This document shows positions 17,952-26,743 of a stretch of 64,000 nt of DNA, in pieces. Location of the stretch: assembly GCA_038215615.1 (NCBI GenBank), contig JBBQQR010000007.1:1-64000 (forward strand), read 5' to 3'. The translations under genes were made by a program, and so were the position numbers. The notes beneath the pieces were generated by a model, which had not been told where the DNA came from, did no database searches, and saw only the letters and a list, made by a program, of their open reading frames with translations. The stretch's first letter is position 1; each line of letters begins with the position of its first letter. The DNA comes from Vulcanimicrobiales bacterium. Its GTDB lineage: Bacteria; Vulcanimicrobiota; Vulcanimicrobiia; Vulcanimicrobiales; Vulcanimicrobiaceae.

Positions 17952-18931
17952 GGGGTGCTGGGACGCTTCGCGCGCAGGCCGGCTAGTTCCGCGGTCAAGA
18001 GTTCGACCGCCAGCTCGGGGTCGTCGATACGGCCGGTGACGATGGCGTCGAAGGCGCCGATCGCGCGCTCAAATGCGCGGCGCGCACGCTGCTCACCCAC
18101 GCGGGCGGCGATCGGTCCCAGCGCCCGCGAGCGCCACGCCGAGCGGCCCGTCAGCCGGCCTCCGCGCGCAAGCTCCCAGAGCAGTCCACATTCGGTCGCG
18201 GCCGCATAGACCAGCGGAACGCCCGCCGTCCGATCGCCCGAAAACATTTCGTGCGCGATTGCCAGCGCTTCGGCAACGCGACCTTCAACCAGCGCGCCGG
18301 CATATTTGTAGGCCTTAGGGTCTTCGATAGAGAGCGTCTCCTGCTCGAGATCCGCAAACGTGATCTTCTTGCCGGCTAACGCGAGTTTTTGCAGATCGCT
18401 GCGAATCGCGGCGAGGTCCGCGCTGCTGCCGGCGAGTGCGCCGATAACGCGCGGCTCCGCCGTGGCTTTGAGTTCCGCCAGCGTTTCTTCGGCGAAGCGC
18501 TTGCGCACATCGTCGCTCGCGGTCGTATCGATGCGCAGCGCGCTGCGCCCGGCCATGGCGCCGAAAGGTTGCGGACGTTGCGCGCGCGGTGAGAGTAAAT
18601 CGCAGATGACCAGCGTGTTACCTTCGGGCACGTTTTCGGCGACGCTCCAAATGTCGCGCCGAACCGCCGTTTTCAGCGTTTGGGCATCGGTTATGACGAT
18701 AAGGCGCGACGTAGCCAAAAACGGCATCGCCTGCACCGCTTCTCGCAGCCTATTCGCATCGTCGAGATCGCCGGCCGGAAAGCGGTCGAGATTGAGGTCG
18801 CGCGTCTCGTCGGGAAGGACGCGTTCGATCACGATTTCAAGCGCGCGATCCGCGAGTACGCGCTCGGTGCCCTCGATGATCGCGAGATTGCCGATCGCGG
18901 GCTGCTTGTCAACGAAATCGTAAAACTTCAC
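17948..18931 (-). CDS. holA: DNA polymerase III delta subunit
   Basis: IIEGTE, DLNLDRF, AMPFLATSRLIVI, DLQKLAL; GTG start at 18931; ATGA overlap with purB. Confidence 0.8.
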   Translation of the reverse strand: MKFYDFVDKQPAIGNLAIIEGTERVLADRALEIVIERVLPDETRDLNLDRFPAGDLDDANRLREAVQAMPFLATSRLIVITDAQTLKTAVRRDIWSVAENVPEGNTLVICDLLSPRAQRPQPFGAMAGRSALRIDTTASDDVRKRFAEETLAELKATAEPRVIGALAGSSADLAAIRSDLQKLALAGKKITFADLEQETLSIEDPKAYKYAGALVEGRVAEALAIAHEMFSGDRTAGVPLVYAAATECGLLWELARGGRLTGRSAWRSRALGPIAARVGEQRARRAFERAIGAFDAIVTGRIDDPELAVELLTAELAGLRAKRPSTP

Positions 18932-18988
18932 GCCGGGCGGTCTTCGGCAGGCCGAGAACACGCGCCTCGCCAAACCCGCGCCAACACG

Positions 18989-20404
18989 ATGAACCGATTG
19001 CCCCGCGCGGCGTTCCTGATCGTTGCGGGAATGGCAGCCTTCCGCATTGCCGTGGCGTCGCATATTCCGCTCACCGAAGACGAATCGTACTATTGGGCGT
19101 GGAGCCGTCATCTGGCGCTTGGATATGTCGATCACCCGCCCATGGTGGCCTGGCTCATCGCACTTACGGCGCCATTCGGCTCCAGTGAGTTATCTATTCG
19201 TCTGCCGTTCATCGCGTGCGAGGCGTTCGCGGCGATCGCGCTGGGCTATACGGCGGTCGTGCTGACCGGAAGCGCGCGCGCGGGCGGTGCAGCCGCCGTC
19301 ATCTTTGCGCTCATTCCTCAAACGCGCATGATCATCGGCGAAGCTCTGCCCGACGGTCCATACCTGTTGTTCTGGTCACTCGCGCTGCTTTTTGCAGCGC
19401 GTGCGTGCGTGCGTTTACGCACCGCTGACATGATTTTCTTGGGAATCGCGCTTGGCGGAGCCCTGCTCTCGCGCGCTTTCGGTTTCTCGCTCCTGGCCGG
19501 AGTGCTCATCTTCTCTTTGCTGCCGGCTCAGCGGCGCATGTGGACGAAAGGTTTTTGGATCGCGCCCGCCATTGCAGCGGTGCTCTACGCGCCGTTCGTC
19601 TATTGGAATGCAACGCACGGATGGGCGAATTTTAGTTTCACCGTCTATCGCGAAGCCTACGAGCATTTCAGCGTCGCGCACCTCCTGGTACTGTCGACGC
19701 TGCGCTTCGCGCTCGAAGCCGCCGCGTTCCTCATCGCCACCTATCTTCTGACGATCCGGCGCCGCTACGATCTGCTGGCCTGCACGGCTTTGCCGCTGCC
19801 GCTGCTCTTGATCGTCCTCTCGTTTTTCGAAGGCGTGGAGTCCTATTGGCTCTTGGGACCGTTTGCGTCGCTTTGCGTCGCGCTGGGCATTGCATACTCG
19901 AATTTCCCGCTGCTGTGGAAACGGCTTGCTGCCGCAGCCTGGATCATTCCGGCGGCGTATGCGATGGTCGTCGTGACGCTGCTCTCTTTACCGCAGCCCG
20001 TACAAGCTGGGTTACTGCGCGCTTCGAACAATAAACCCAAGAGCGTGTTCTATTCCGCCGTGTACGCCTACGCGCCGCTGGCGCGCGATGTTCGCGGTTT
20101 GCTAAAAAACACACACGCGATCGTCATGACCGACAAATTTGAAATTGCATCCGAACTGCTCTACCAGGGCGAGCTTCAGTCCACGGTCATCGCGGGAATC
20201 GGCCGCCGGCAGTGGGCGATGTGGCAGGGGGGCTCGGGCCCGGGACGCTATTTGGTGGTATTGAACGAACCGCCCGGCCGCGATCCCGCGGCCATGCAGT
20301 CCGTTGCAAAAGAGTGTTCGGCCCTTCATGACGGTCCGACATTGCGCTATGCATTCGCCGGGCCGCCGGTCACAACGTTCTACACGAAATGGTGCGATCG
20401 CTAA
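18989..20404 (+). CDS. GT39/ArnT-like (PMT_2) membrane glycosyltransferase
   Basis: DESYYWAWSRHLALGYVDHPPMVAW, PDGP, YWNATHGW; many TM helices. Confidence 0.9.
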   Translation: MNRLPRAAFLIVAGMAAFRIAVASHIPLTEDESYYWAWSRHLALGYVDHPPMVAWLIALTAPFGSSELSIRLPFIACEAFAAIALGYTAVVLTGSARAGGAAAVIFALIPQTRMIIGEALPDGPYLLFWSLALLFAARACVRLRTADMIFLGIALGGALLSRAFGFSLLAGVLIFSLLPAQRRMWTKGFWIAPAIAAVLYAPFVYWNATHGWANFSFTVYREAYEHFSVAHLLVLSTLRFALEAAAFLIATYLLTIRRRYDLLACTALPLPLLLIVLSFFEGVESYWLLGPFASLCVALGIAYSNFPLLWKRLAAAAWIIPAAYAMVVVTLLSLPQPVQAGLLRASNNKPKSVFYSAVYAYAPLARDVRGLLKNTHAIVMTDKFEIASELLYQGELQSTVIAGIGRRQWAMWQGGSGPGRYLVVLNEPPGRDPAAMQSVAKECSALHDGPTLRYAFAGPPVTTFYTKWCDR

Positions 20405-20416
20405 AGGAGAGTCACC

Positions 20417-21133
20417 ATGGAACATGTCCGCACTGATTACTGCGTCGTGGGCGCGGACAAAGCGTTACCCTGCTCGAAGCGCGCGACCGCGCCGGAGGGC
20501 GCGTCTGGAACCGTCAGGCTTCTGATGGTTCGATTGTTTCAGTAGGCGGTACGTGGCTGGGCAAGCGGCAAGACCGGATGTTCGAGCTGTGCCGCGAGTA
20601 CCGCATGGAAGTCTATCCGCAGTACGATACCGGCGACTCGATCATGCATTTGGGCGGCTCCAACCGCCGTTACCAAGGGCTTCCTGCCGTCGGCCTCTTC
20701 TCGCTGGCGAGCCTCGGTCTCGCGTTTTGGCAGCTCGATCGCATCGTCAAGCGTATGCCGCTGAACGAACCATGGAAGGTGCGCGGAGCGCGCGAGCTCG
20801 ACTCGCAAACGCTTGGCGCCTTTATCGCATCGTCTTGGAACATTCCAACAGCAACGGCAAATTTGAGTACTACGTTGACAGCACGATCACCGAAACACAT
20901 CTCGTTGACGGCGGCGTTCCCGAACTGGCCACCCGGATGGCCGCCAAAATCGGCGACGCGCTGCGGTTCTCGTCGCCGGTCCGGCGCATCAAACAGAGCG
21001 CGATTGTCGCCACGCCCCCATACCTCGCAAGCCGGATCGATTACGATCCGATGCTGCCTCCGATGCAGGGACAATCATTGCGGCGCCTCTTGAGCGGCGC
21101 TGCCATTCGCGGCATTACCATTTACGATAGTAG
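20417..21133 (+). pseudogene. Flavin monoamine oxidase family pseudogene
   Basis: AAAGGAG RBS + MEHVRTDYCVVGA, frameshift to GQSVTLLEARDRAGGRVW...GGTWLG..QDRMFEL, second shift to DGGVPELATRMA...SPVRRI..AIVATPP..IDYDPMLP; internal deletions and no C-terminal third. Confidence 0.85.
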
Positions 21134-22195
21134 TCACGCGCTGCGGCCTGACAGCAGGGCGCTCATAGTCGGACGCATCTGCAAATCGGAAATCGACTCG
21201 CCGTAAGGCGGGCGCAGGATGCCGTACTCTGTTACGAATGCCGTAATGAGATGGTTGGGTGTAACGTCGAACGCCGGATTGTACGCGTCGGCGCCGGGAA
21301 GCGCCGTGCGTGTTCCACCGAACCCTCCCACCTCATCCGCCGCGCGCTCCTCGATCGGAATATCGCTTCCCGATGCAATCTCGAAATCGAACGTCGAACG
21401 CGGCGCTGCGATATAAAACGGAATGCGGTGATGCGCCGCCAGAATCGCTAACCCGTACGTGCCGATTTTGTTCGCGGTATCGCCGTTGCGCGCGATCCGG
21501 TCGGCGCCGACAATGACGAGATCGATCTCCTTGCGCTGCATGGAAATCGCTGCGGCGGAATCGACGACCAGCATGGCGTCCACGCCCGCTTGCGACAGCT
21601 CGTAATACGTCAGCCGCGCGCCTTGCAAGAGCGGGCGCGTTTCACCGACGAAAACGTGCGGCCGTTTTCCGGCGCGTGCCGCAAAGAGAATCGTTCCCAG
21701 CGCGGTGCCGCTGCCGGCGGTCGCGAGCGAGCCGGTATGGCAGTGCGTGTAAATCGTTGCGTCGCGCTCGATGAGTTCGGCCGCGGCTTCGGCGATGCGC
21801 CGGTCCGTCTCGCGCTGCTCGGCGTGTATCGCCTGCGCTTCGGCAAGCATATCCTTCGATTTCAGAACGCGCTCCACGGCCCAGCGCAGGTTCACGGCGG
21901 TCGGACGGGCCTCGCGGACGCGCGCCACCGCGGCCTGGAACTTCAGCTCGTCCGCGATCTGCGAGCGCAACAGCGCGACACCGTACGCGCCGAAGACGCC
22001 GATGCACGGCGCACCGCGCACCGCGAGCGTTCTTATCGCTTCTTCGAGATCTTCGGCTGAGACCGCGCGCCGTACGATCGTCTCATGCGGAAGCGAACGC
22101 TGATCGACATATTCGATCGCGTCGCCGGACCAGCGTACCGCTTCCGGTGTTTCGATCGCTAGACGGACGCCGCCGGCGCGTGCGCCGTGTAGCAC
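21134..22195 (-). CDS. mtnA: S-methyl-5-thioribose-1-phosphate isomerase
   Basis: DQRSLP, VRGAPCIG, ARPTAVNL, THCHTGSLAT, ETRPLLQGARLT, VGADRIARNGDTANKIGT, NPAFDVTP; start ambiguous (GTG 22195 or ATC 22156). Confidence 0.95.
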   Translation of the reverse strand: MLHGARAGGVRLAIETPEAVRWSGDAIEYVDQRSLPHETIVRRAVSAEDLEEAIRTLAVRGAPCIGVFGAYGVALLRSQIADELKFQAAVARVREARPTAVNLRWAVERVLKSKDMLAEAQAIHAEQRETDRRIAEAAAELIERDATIYTHCHTGSLATAGSGTALGTILFAARAGKRPHVFVGETRPLLQGARLTYYELSQAGVDAMLVVDSAAAISMQRKEIDLVIVGADRIARNGDTANKIGTYGLAILAAHHRIPFYIAAPRSTFDFEIASGSDIPIEERAADEVGGFGGTRTALPGADAYNPAFDVTPNHLITAFVTEYGILRPPYGESISDLQMRPTMSALLSGRSA

Positions 22196-22443
22196 GTGCG
22201 GCAGTAGACCGGCCGATCCCCGCGCGGCTTGAACGGCACCGTCGTGTTGGTGCCGCACTGCGCGCAAACAGCCTCGAAACTCGGGCGGTTTCCGCCCGGT
22301 CCTGGAGCTTTGCGGGACTGACGGCAATCGCGGCAGCGCTGGGGTTCGTTTTGAAACCCTTTTTCAGCGTAGAATTGTTGGTCGCGAGCCGAGAAAACAA
22401 AATCCCGACCGCAGTCTTTACAGGTGATGTTTTTGTCTTCCAA
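22159..22443 (-). CDS. Double zinc-ribbon protein (zf-trcl + CxxC-x17-CxxC)
   Basis: DKNITCKDCGRDFVFSARDQQFYAEKGFQNEPQRCRDC and CAQCG..VPFKP..RPVYCRTC; GGAGG RBS before TTG. Confidence 0.9.
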   Translation of the reverse strand: MEDKNITCKDCGRDFVFSARDQQFYAEKGFQNEPQRCRDCRQSRKAPGPGGNRPSFEAVCAQCGTNTTVPFKPRGDRPVYCRTCYTAHAPAASV

Positions 22444-22486
22444 GGGACGGGCCTCCACGAAGTAGCAGGGGCTTGGTAATCCGCCC

Positions 22487-22969
22487 TTAGCGCGCGGGAA
22501 CCCTTGTGTCCGCCGTGATACGCAATAGCGTCGCAGCCGCGATTGCAGCATGGTAGCCTTTGTCACCGCGCTTGGGATCCGCACGGAACTCAGCCTGCTC
22601 GAGCGTGTCGGTCGTGAGCACGCCGAATCCAACCGGGACGCCGGTGGTCAGTTGCACGTGCATGATGCCGCGCGCCGCCTCTCCTGCGACGTAATCGAAG
22701 TGCGCCGTTTCCCCGCGCACAACCGCGCCGAGCGCCACGATCGCATCTGCGCCGCCTCCAGAAATCACGGCGCTGGCGGCCAGCGGTAATTCGAAACAGC
22801 CCGCTACTTCGTACGCGCGTATATCTTCTTCACGCACGTTGCATGCGCGCAACGCGCGGCGCGCGCCGGCTTCGAGCCACTGCGCGATCTGCGGATAGAA
22901 GCGCGCGGTAATGATCGCGAAGCGCATCCCGCTGCAGTCGATTGCCTCGGCCGTGCTATTTTTTGTCAT
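22487..22969 (-). CDS. ribH: 6,7-dimethyl-8-ribityllumazine synthase
   Basis: FAIITARF, VAGCFELP, ALGAVVRGETAHFDYV, GVPVGFGVLT, DKG. Confidence 0.95.
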   Translation of the reverse strand: MTKNSTAEAIDCSGMRFAIITARFYPQIAQWLEAGARRALRACNVREEDIRAYEVAGCFELPLAASAVISGGGADAIVALGAVVRGETAHFDYVAGEAARGIMHVQLTTGVPVGFGVLTTDTLEQAEFRADPKRGDKGYHAAIAAATLLRITADTRVPAR

Positions 22970-24356
22970 CCAGCATATGTCCCATTTTGTTGCGCTTCGT
23001 CTGCATGTAGCGGTTGTTGAACGGCGTGCGCTCCGTTTGCAGCGGCACGCGGTCGACAATTTTTAAACCGTAGCCTTCCAGGCCGAAGATTTTGCGCGGA
23101 TTGTTGGTGATGATGCGCATCTCTTTCACGCCCAGATCGGCCAAAATTTGCGAGCCGATCCCGTAGTCGCGTTTGTCGACCGGCAGGCCGAGAGCGATGT
23201 TGGCTTCGACTGTATCGGCGCCTTGGTCTTGCAGTTCGTATGCGCGCAACTTATTGGCAAGCCCAATGCCGCGCCCTTCCTGACGCAGGTACAAGAAGAC
23301 GCCGCGGCCTTGGCCGGCGATAATGCGCATCGCCGCGTCGCGCTGCTCCGCACAGTCGCAGCGGATCGAATGGAGCGCATCGCCCGTCAAGCATTCGGAA
23401 TGCACGCGCACCGCGATATTTTTACCGTCACCGATCTCGCCCATCACCAGCGCAACGTGCGTGTTATTGTCGATGCTGTTTTCATAGGCGTAACCGGTCC
23501 ATTCGCCAAGCGGCGTCGGGAGCTTGAATTCGGCGATGCGGTGCAACAGTTTTTCGGTGCGCCAGCGGTAAGCGATTAAATCTTTGACGGTGATGAGTTT
23601 CAGGTCGTGCTTCTTGGCGAAGGCAATCAAACCATCAAGGCGTTCCATCTTCCCGTCGTCGGCCATGATCTCGCAGATAACGCCGGCCGGATACAATCCC
23701 GCCAAGCGCGCGAGGTCGACCGCAGCCTCGGTTTGCCCGGCGCGCACCAGCACGCCGCCGTCGCGGGCCCGCAGTGGAAATGAATGGCCGGGACGCAGCA
23801 GGTCCGACGGTTTCGTGGCCGGATCGAGCAGCGCCGCGATCGTCGCCGAGCGATCGTGCGCCGATATTCCGGTGGTCGTCCGTCCGCGGGCTTCCACCGA
23901 AACCGTAAAGGCGGTTTCGTGCAGCGCGCTATTTTCGGAGACCATCTGCGGTAAGTGTAGCTCGTCCAAACGTCTGCCGATCACCGGCACGCAGATCAGA
24001 CCGCCCGCGTGTTTACGCATGAAGTTGATCGCCTCGGGCGTCACCATCTGCGCGGCCATCACCAGGTCGCCTTCGTTCTCGCGGTCCTCGTCGTCGAGCA
24101 CGATGACCATCTTGCCGGCGCGGATGTCGCGCACGGCGCCCTCGATGGGATCGAACGGCGAGGACTCCTCGAGCGTGCCGTTGAGTTCCGGCAACACCTG
24201 GGTCAGCCGCTGCAGCGAACGGTAAGACGGCTCGCGCTGCCCGGACCGCAAGTAAGAGATGGCCGCCTCGGTCAGCCCACTCCGGTCGGCCAATTCTGCT
24301 GCGGTGAGGCCTGCTGAGGTCATGGCGGCGTTGAGCTCATCGGCGAAGTTGGTCAC
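22956..24356 (-). CDS. ribBA: Bifunctional DHBP synthase / GTP cyclohydrolase II with N-terminal XRE-family HTH domain
   Basis: VLDDEDRENEGDL, TAFTVSV, TTGISAHDR, RPGHSFPL, RAGQTEA, ICEIM; VRVHSECLTGD..CDC, QEGRGIGL, TNNPRK; N-terminal LTAAELADRSGLTEAAISYLRSGQREPSYRSL in the same frame. Confidence 0.95.
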   Translation of the reverse strand: MTNFADELNAAMTSAGLTAAELADRSGLTEAAISYLRSGQREPSYRSLQRLTQVLPELNGTLEESSPFDPIEGAVRDIRAGKMVIVLDDEDRENEGDLVMAAQMVTPEAINFMRKHAGGLICVPVIGRRLDELHLPQMVSENSALHETAFTVSVEARGRTTTGISAHDRSATIAALLDPATKPSDLLRPGHSFPLRARDGGVLVRAGQTEAAVDLARLAGLYPAGVICEIMADDGKMERLDGLIAFAKKHDLKLITVKDLIAYRWRTEKLLHRIAEFKLPTPLGEWTGYAYENSIDNNTHVALVMGEIGDGKNIAVRVHSECLTGDALHSIRCDCAEQRDAAMRIIAGQGRGVFLYLRQEGRGIGLANKLRAYELQDQGADTVEANIALGLPVDKRDYGIGSQILADLGVKEMRIITNNPRKIFGLEGYGLKIVDRVPLQTERTPFNNRYMQTKRNKMGHMLDDKK

Positions 24357-24396
24357 CAGCCCAGCGTACGGGTCCGACTTAACAGTTGTCAAGTCG
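24357..24396 (-). promoter_or_regulatory. Sigma70-type leaderless promoter of HTH-ribBA with an overlapping palindromic operator
   Basis: Minus strand TTGACA (24392-24387), 18-nt spacer, TACGCT (24368-24363), 6 nt, GTG 24356; no RBS; inverted repeat CGACTTAACA-GT-TGTCAAGTCG (24375-24396, 9/10 arm match). Confidence 0.72.
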
Positions 24397-24504
24397 ATAT
24401 ACCTCACGCGCGAGGGCTCGCCCGCGCGGTCTTCTTGGGGCCATGGGCCGGAAGACCTACGGTCGCTTGCTTTTCTGCCGATAGTAAGTTCGGGGGTTAT
24501 CGGT

Positions 24505-24675
24505 GTGGAGCAACGCAGCAATCACGTAGCAGTCATATTTTTCGCGTTGGGCGTGCTTATAGGCGCGCTCAGCGTGCTTTTTATAGCCCGCAATAACGCG
24601 GTTGCGCACGAGCAGCTCGTGAGCAACCGCTGTAGTGCGCAGGCCTGTCAGACGGGCGCTTTACCATTCTGGTAA
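24505..24675 (+). CDS. Small single-TM hypothetical protein (56 aa)
   Basis: GGGGG RBS + GTG; VAVIFFALGVLIGALSVLFIA helix; CxxxxC; fills the gap divergent from ribBA. Confidence 0.5.
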   Translation: MEQRSNHVAVIFFALGVLIGALSVLFIARNNAVAHEQLVSNRCSAQACQTGALPFW

Positions 24676-24714
24676 CGCGACTTCGATAGCGCCCCCGCCG
24701 CACACCCAAGCGAA

Positions 24715-25722
24715 CTAGCGAAAGAGCGAAGGTTCGAACGTTACGATCGGCTTGAGAATTTCGGAGCGTTGAAGAGCGGCGTACGCCGCCGGAGCCTCTT
24801 CCAGCGAATAATAGGTTGCGCCCAGGCGCTCGGCCGTGACCACGTGTCGCGCAATCATATCGAGCGCGGCCCGCGTATCCGGCGGACCGCACGAGTAGCT
24901 CGGAACAAAACGCAGATCGCGAAAATACAAGTCGTTCGGATCGAACGTGAACGGAATGCCGGGCTCGAGCGGCGTGAACATCACCACAGTTCCCCCGGGC
25001 GCTGCGGCCGCAAATGCATTGCGCAGCGCTTCAGGCGAACCGGGGCCGCAAATCACGACGTCCGCGCCGGAAAACGGCTGCTCGGGACTCACCGCACGAA
25101 TGCCGAGCGAACTGGCGAAGCTGCGACGCGATTCGATGAAATCGCTTCCGACGACTTGCGCGCCTTGCGCCTGCGCGGCCAAACCGTGCATGAGCCCCAT
25201 CACGCCCAGGCCGATCACGTAAAGCGTATCGCCTTCCCGCAGTCCTCCGCGGCGCAATGATTTCATGACGCAGGCCAGCGGCTCCACCAGCGCGCCATCC
25301 GTAAATGGCAGATCGACGGGCAGTTTTAAGGTGTCGCGTAGATTTTCACGCGGCACGCGGAAGTACTCGGCCAAGCCGCCCGGATCGATCTTGGTTGCGC
25401 GCCACGTCGCGCATTGCACGTACTCCCCGCGAGCACAGGCGCGGCATTCAAAACATGGCGCGTGGTGATGCACGAAAACGCGATCGCCCGGGGCAAATTC
25501 ATCGCTCGCCGATTCGACCACCACACCCGCCGGCTCGTGCCCAAGCACCAACGGCGCTTTTCGGCGGATGTACCAGCCCATCACGTCGCCCGTGCAGATA
25601 CCGGCGGCACGCGTTTGCACGAGGATTTCGCCTTCGCCTATCGCCGGCACGTCGCGCGCTTCGATGCGGATGTCGTCGACGTCATACAGCACGGCGGCGC
25701 GCATTTTTTCGCCGCGTTTCAC
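24715..25722 (-). CDS. Zinc-dependent medium-chain alcohol/polyol dehydrogenase
   Basis: GICTGD, LGHE, CFECRAC..C, EPLAC, GLGVMG; GTGA overlap (alternative ATG at 25704). Confidence 0.9.
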   Translation of the reverse strand: MKRGEKMRAAVLYDVDDIRIEARDVPAIGEGEILVQTRAAGICTGDVMGWYIRRKAPLVLGHEPAGVVVESASDEFAPGDRVFVHHHAPCFECRACARGEYVQCATWRATKIDPGGLAEYFRVPRENLRDTLKLPVDLPFTDGALVEPLACVMKSLRRGGLREGDTLYVIGLGVMGLMHGLAAQAQGAQVVGSDFIESRRSFASSLGIRAVSPEQPFSGADVVICGPGSPEALRNAFAAAAPGGTVVMFTPLEPGIPFTFDPNDLYFRDLRFVPSYSCGPPDTRAALDMIARHVVTAERLGATYYSLEEAPAAYAALQRSEILKPIVTFEPSLFR

Positions 25723-26729
25723 GGCGTCACCGCAAATTTTATGCCTTCGCCGTTTTTCAAACGTTCGAAGACGCCCGCAATCTCGGCGAGTGGCACGGTT
25801 TCCGTGATCAGCGGCTGCGGGTCGATCTTCTGCTCCACCAGCAGGTCCCGCGCGCGCTTCACGGCCGCCGGTGTAAAGTGAAACGGACTGATCAGCCGGA
25901 TCTCATCGTAGTGCAGCCGGGACGCGGTGAACAGCGCCTTCGCATCGGCCGGTAATCCGCCGAAGAACGAAACCGTGCCGCCGCGCCGGGCAAGGTCGGG
26001 TGCAGCTTCCCACACCTCTTGGCGGCCCGTACATTCGATGACGACGTCGGCTCCGCGATCGCGCGTGCGCTTTCGTACTTCGTCGCCGATGTTTTGGCTA
26101 CGCGTGTCGATCGTCTCTATGCCGAGGGCGCGCGCGATCTTCAAACGAGCTTCCCGGCGCCCCGCCAGCAAAACCGTTGCTCCGCTATGCCGCAGCAACA
26201 TCGCGTGCAGCAAACCAAACCCTCCGTCGCCGATAATGAGCACCGTATCGTCGGGGCGGCTGTTCAAAAGATCCAGCGAGTGAACCACACATGAGAGCGG
26301 CTCGAGAAAGGCTGCAGTCGCATACGAAAGCGCCGGTGGTTTTGGATAGCAGTTGCGTTTCACGATGCGTTCGGGAATCGCGATGTACTCAGCGTAGGCG
26401 CCGAGGATCATCGTCGACATGATCGTCTCGCACAGCTCCTCCTGAGCGCGCTTACACCAGTAGCATTCACCGCAGGGCGCCGTGTGCACGCACATGACGG
26501 CGTCGCCGGCAGCGAAGCTGCTGTCGCTGGCGGCAACGTCGCCCGAAAACTCGTGGCCGAAGGGCGTCGGCATCGGCATGCGTGGGTGGCCGCGCCGAAA
26601 GGCCTTAAAATCGGTCCCATCGGTCAACGCGGTGCGAACGCGCACTACTAAACCTCCCTTAGGTGGTTCGGGAACCGGCAAATCTTGCAATTCGATCGTA
26701 CCCGGGCGCAAAAGCACTGCGGCCCGCAT
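25719..26729 (-). CDS. Zinc-dependent medium-chain dehydrogenase (catalytic-Cys position is Asp)
   Basis: ALTDGTD, FGHE, CGECYWC..C, EPLSC, GDGGFG, DVVIECTG. Confidence 0.9.
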   Translation of the reverse strand: MRAAVLLRPGTIELQDLPVPEPPKGGLVVRVRTALTDGTDFKAFRRGHPRMPMPTPFGHEFSGDVAASDSSFAAGDAVMCVHTAPCGECYWCKRAQEELCETIMSTMILGAYAEYIAIPERIVKRNCYPKPPALSYATAAFLEPLSCVVHSLDLLNSRPDDTVLIIGDGGFGLLHAMLLRHSGATVLLAGRREARLKIARALGIETIDTRSQNIGDEVRKRTRDRGADVVIECTGRQEVWEAAPDLARRGGTVSFFGGLPADAKALFTASRLHYDEIRLISPFHFTPAAVKRARDLLVEQKIDPQPLITETVPLAEIAGVFERLKNGEGIKFAVTP

Positions 26730-26743
26730 CGTTTTGGAGGCGA

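Noticed and set aside
24357..24521. Longer 521-aa start for ribBA given by the ORF track
   Set aside because: The extension is not protein-like, overlaps the predicted promoter/operator and the divergent ORF; GTG 24356 begins the HTH domain
24400..24715. FMN riboswitch upstream of ribBA (also checked 28850-28932 before ribD)
   Set aside because: No recognisable RFN conserved blocks; the space is taken by a promoter/palindrome and a small divergent ORF. Only an Infernal scan would be decisive
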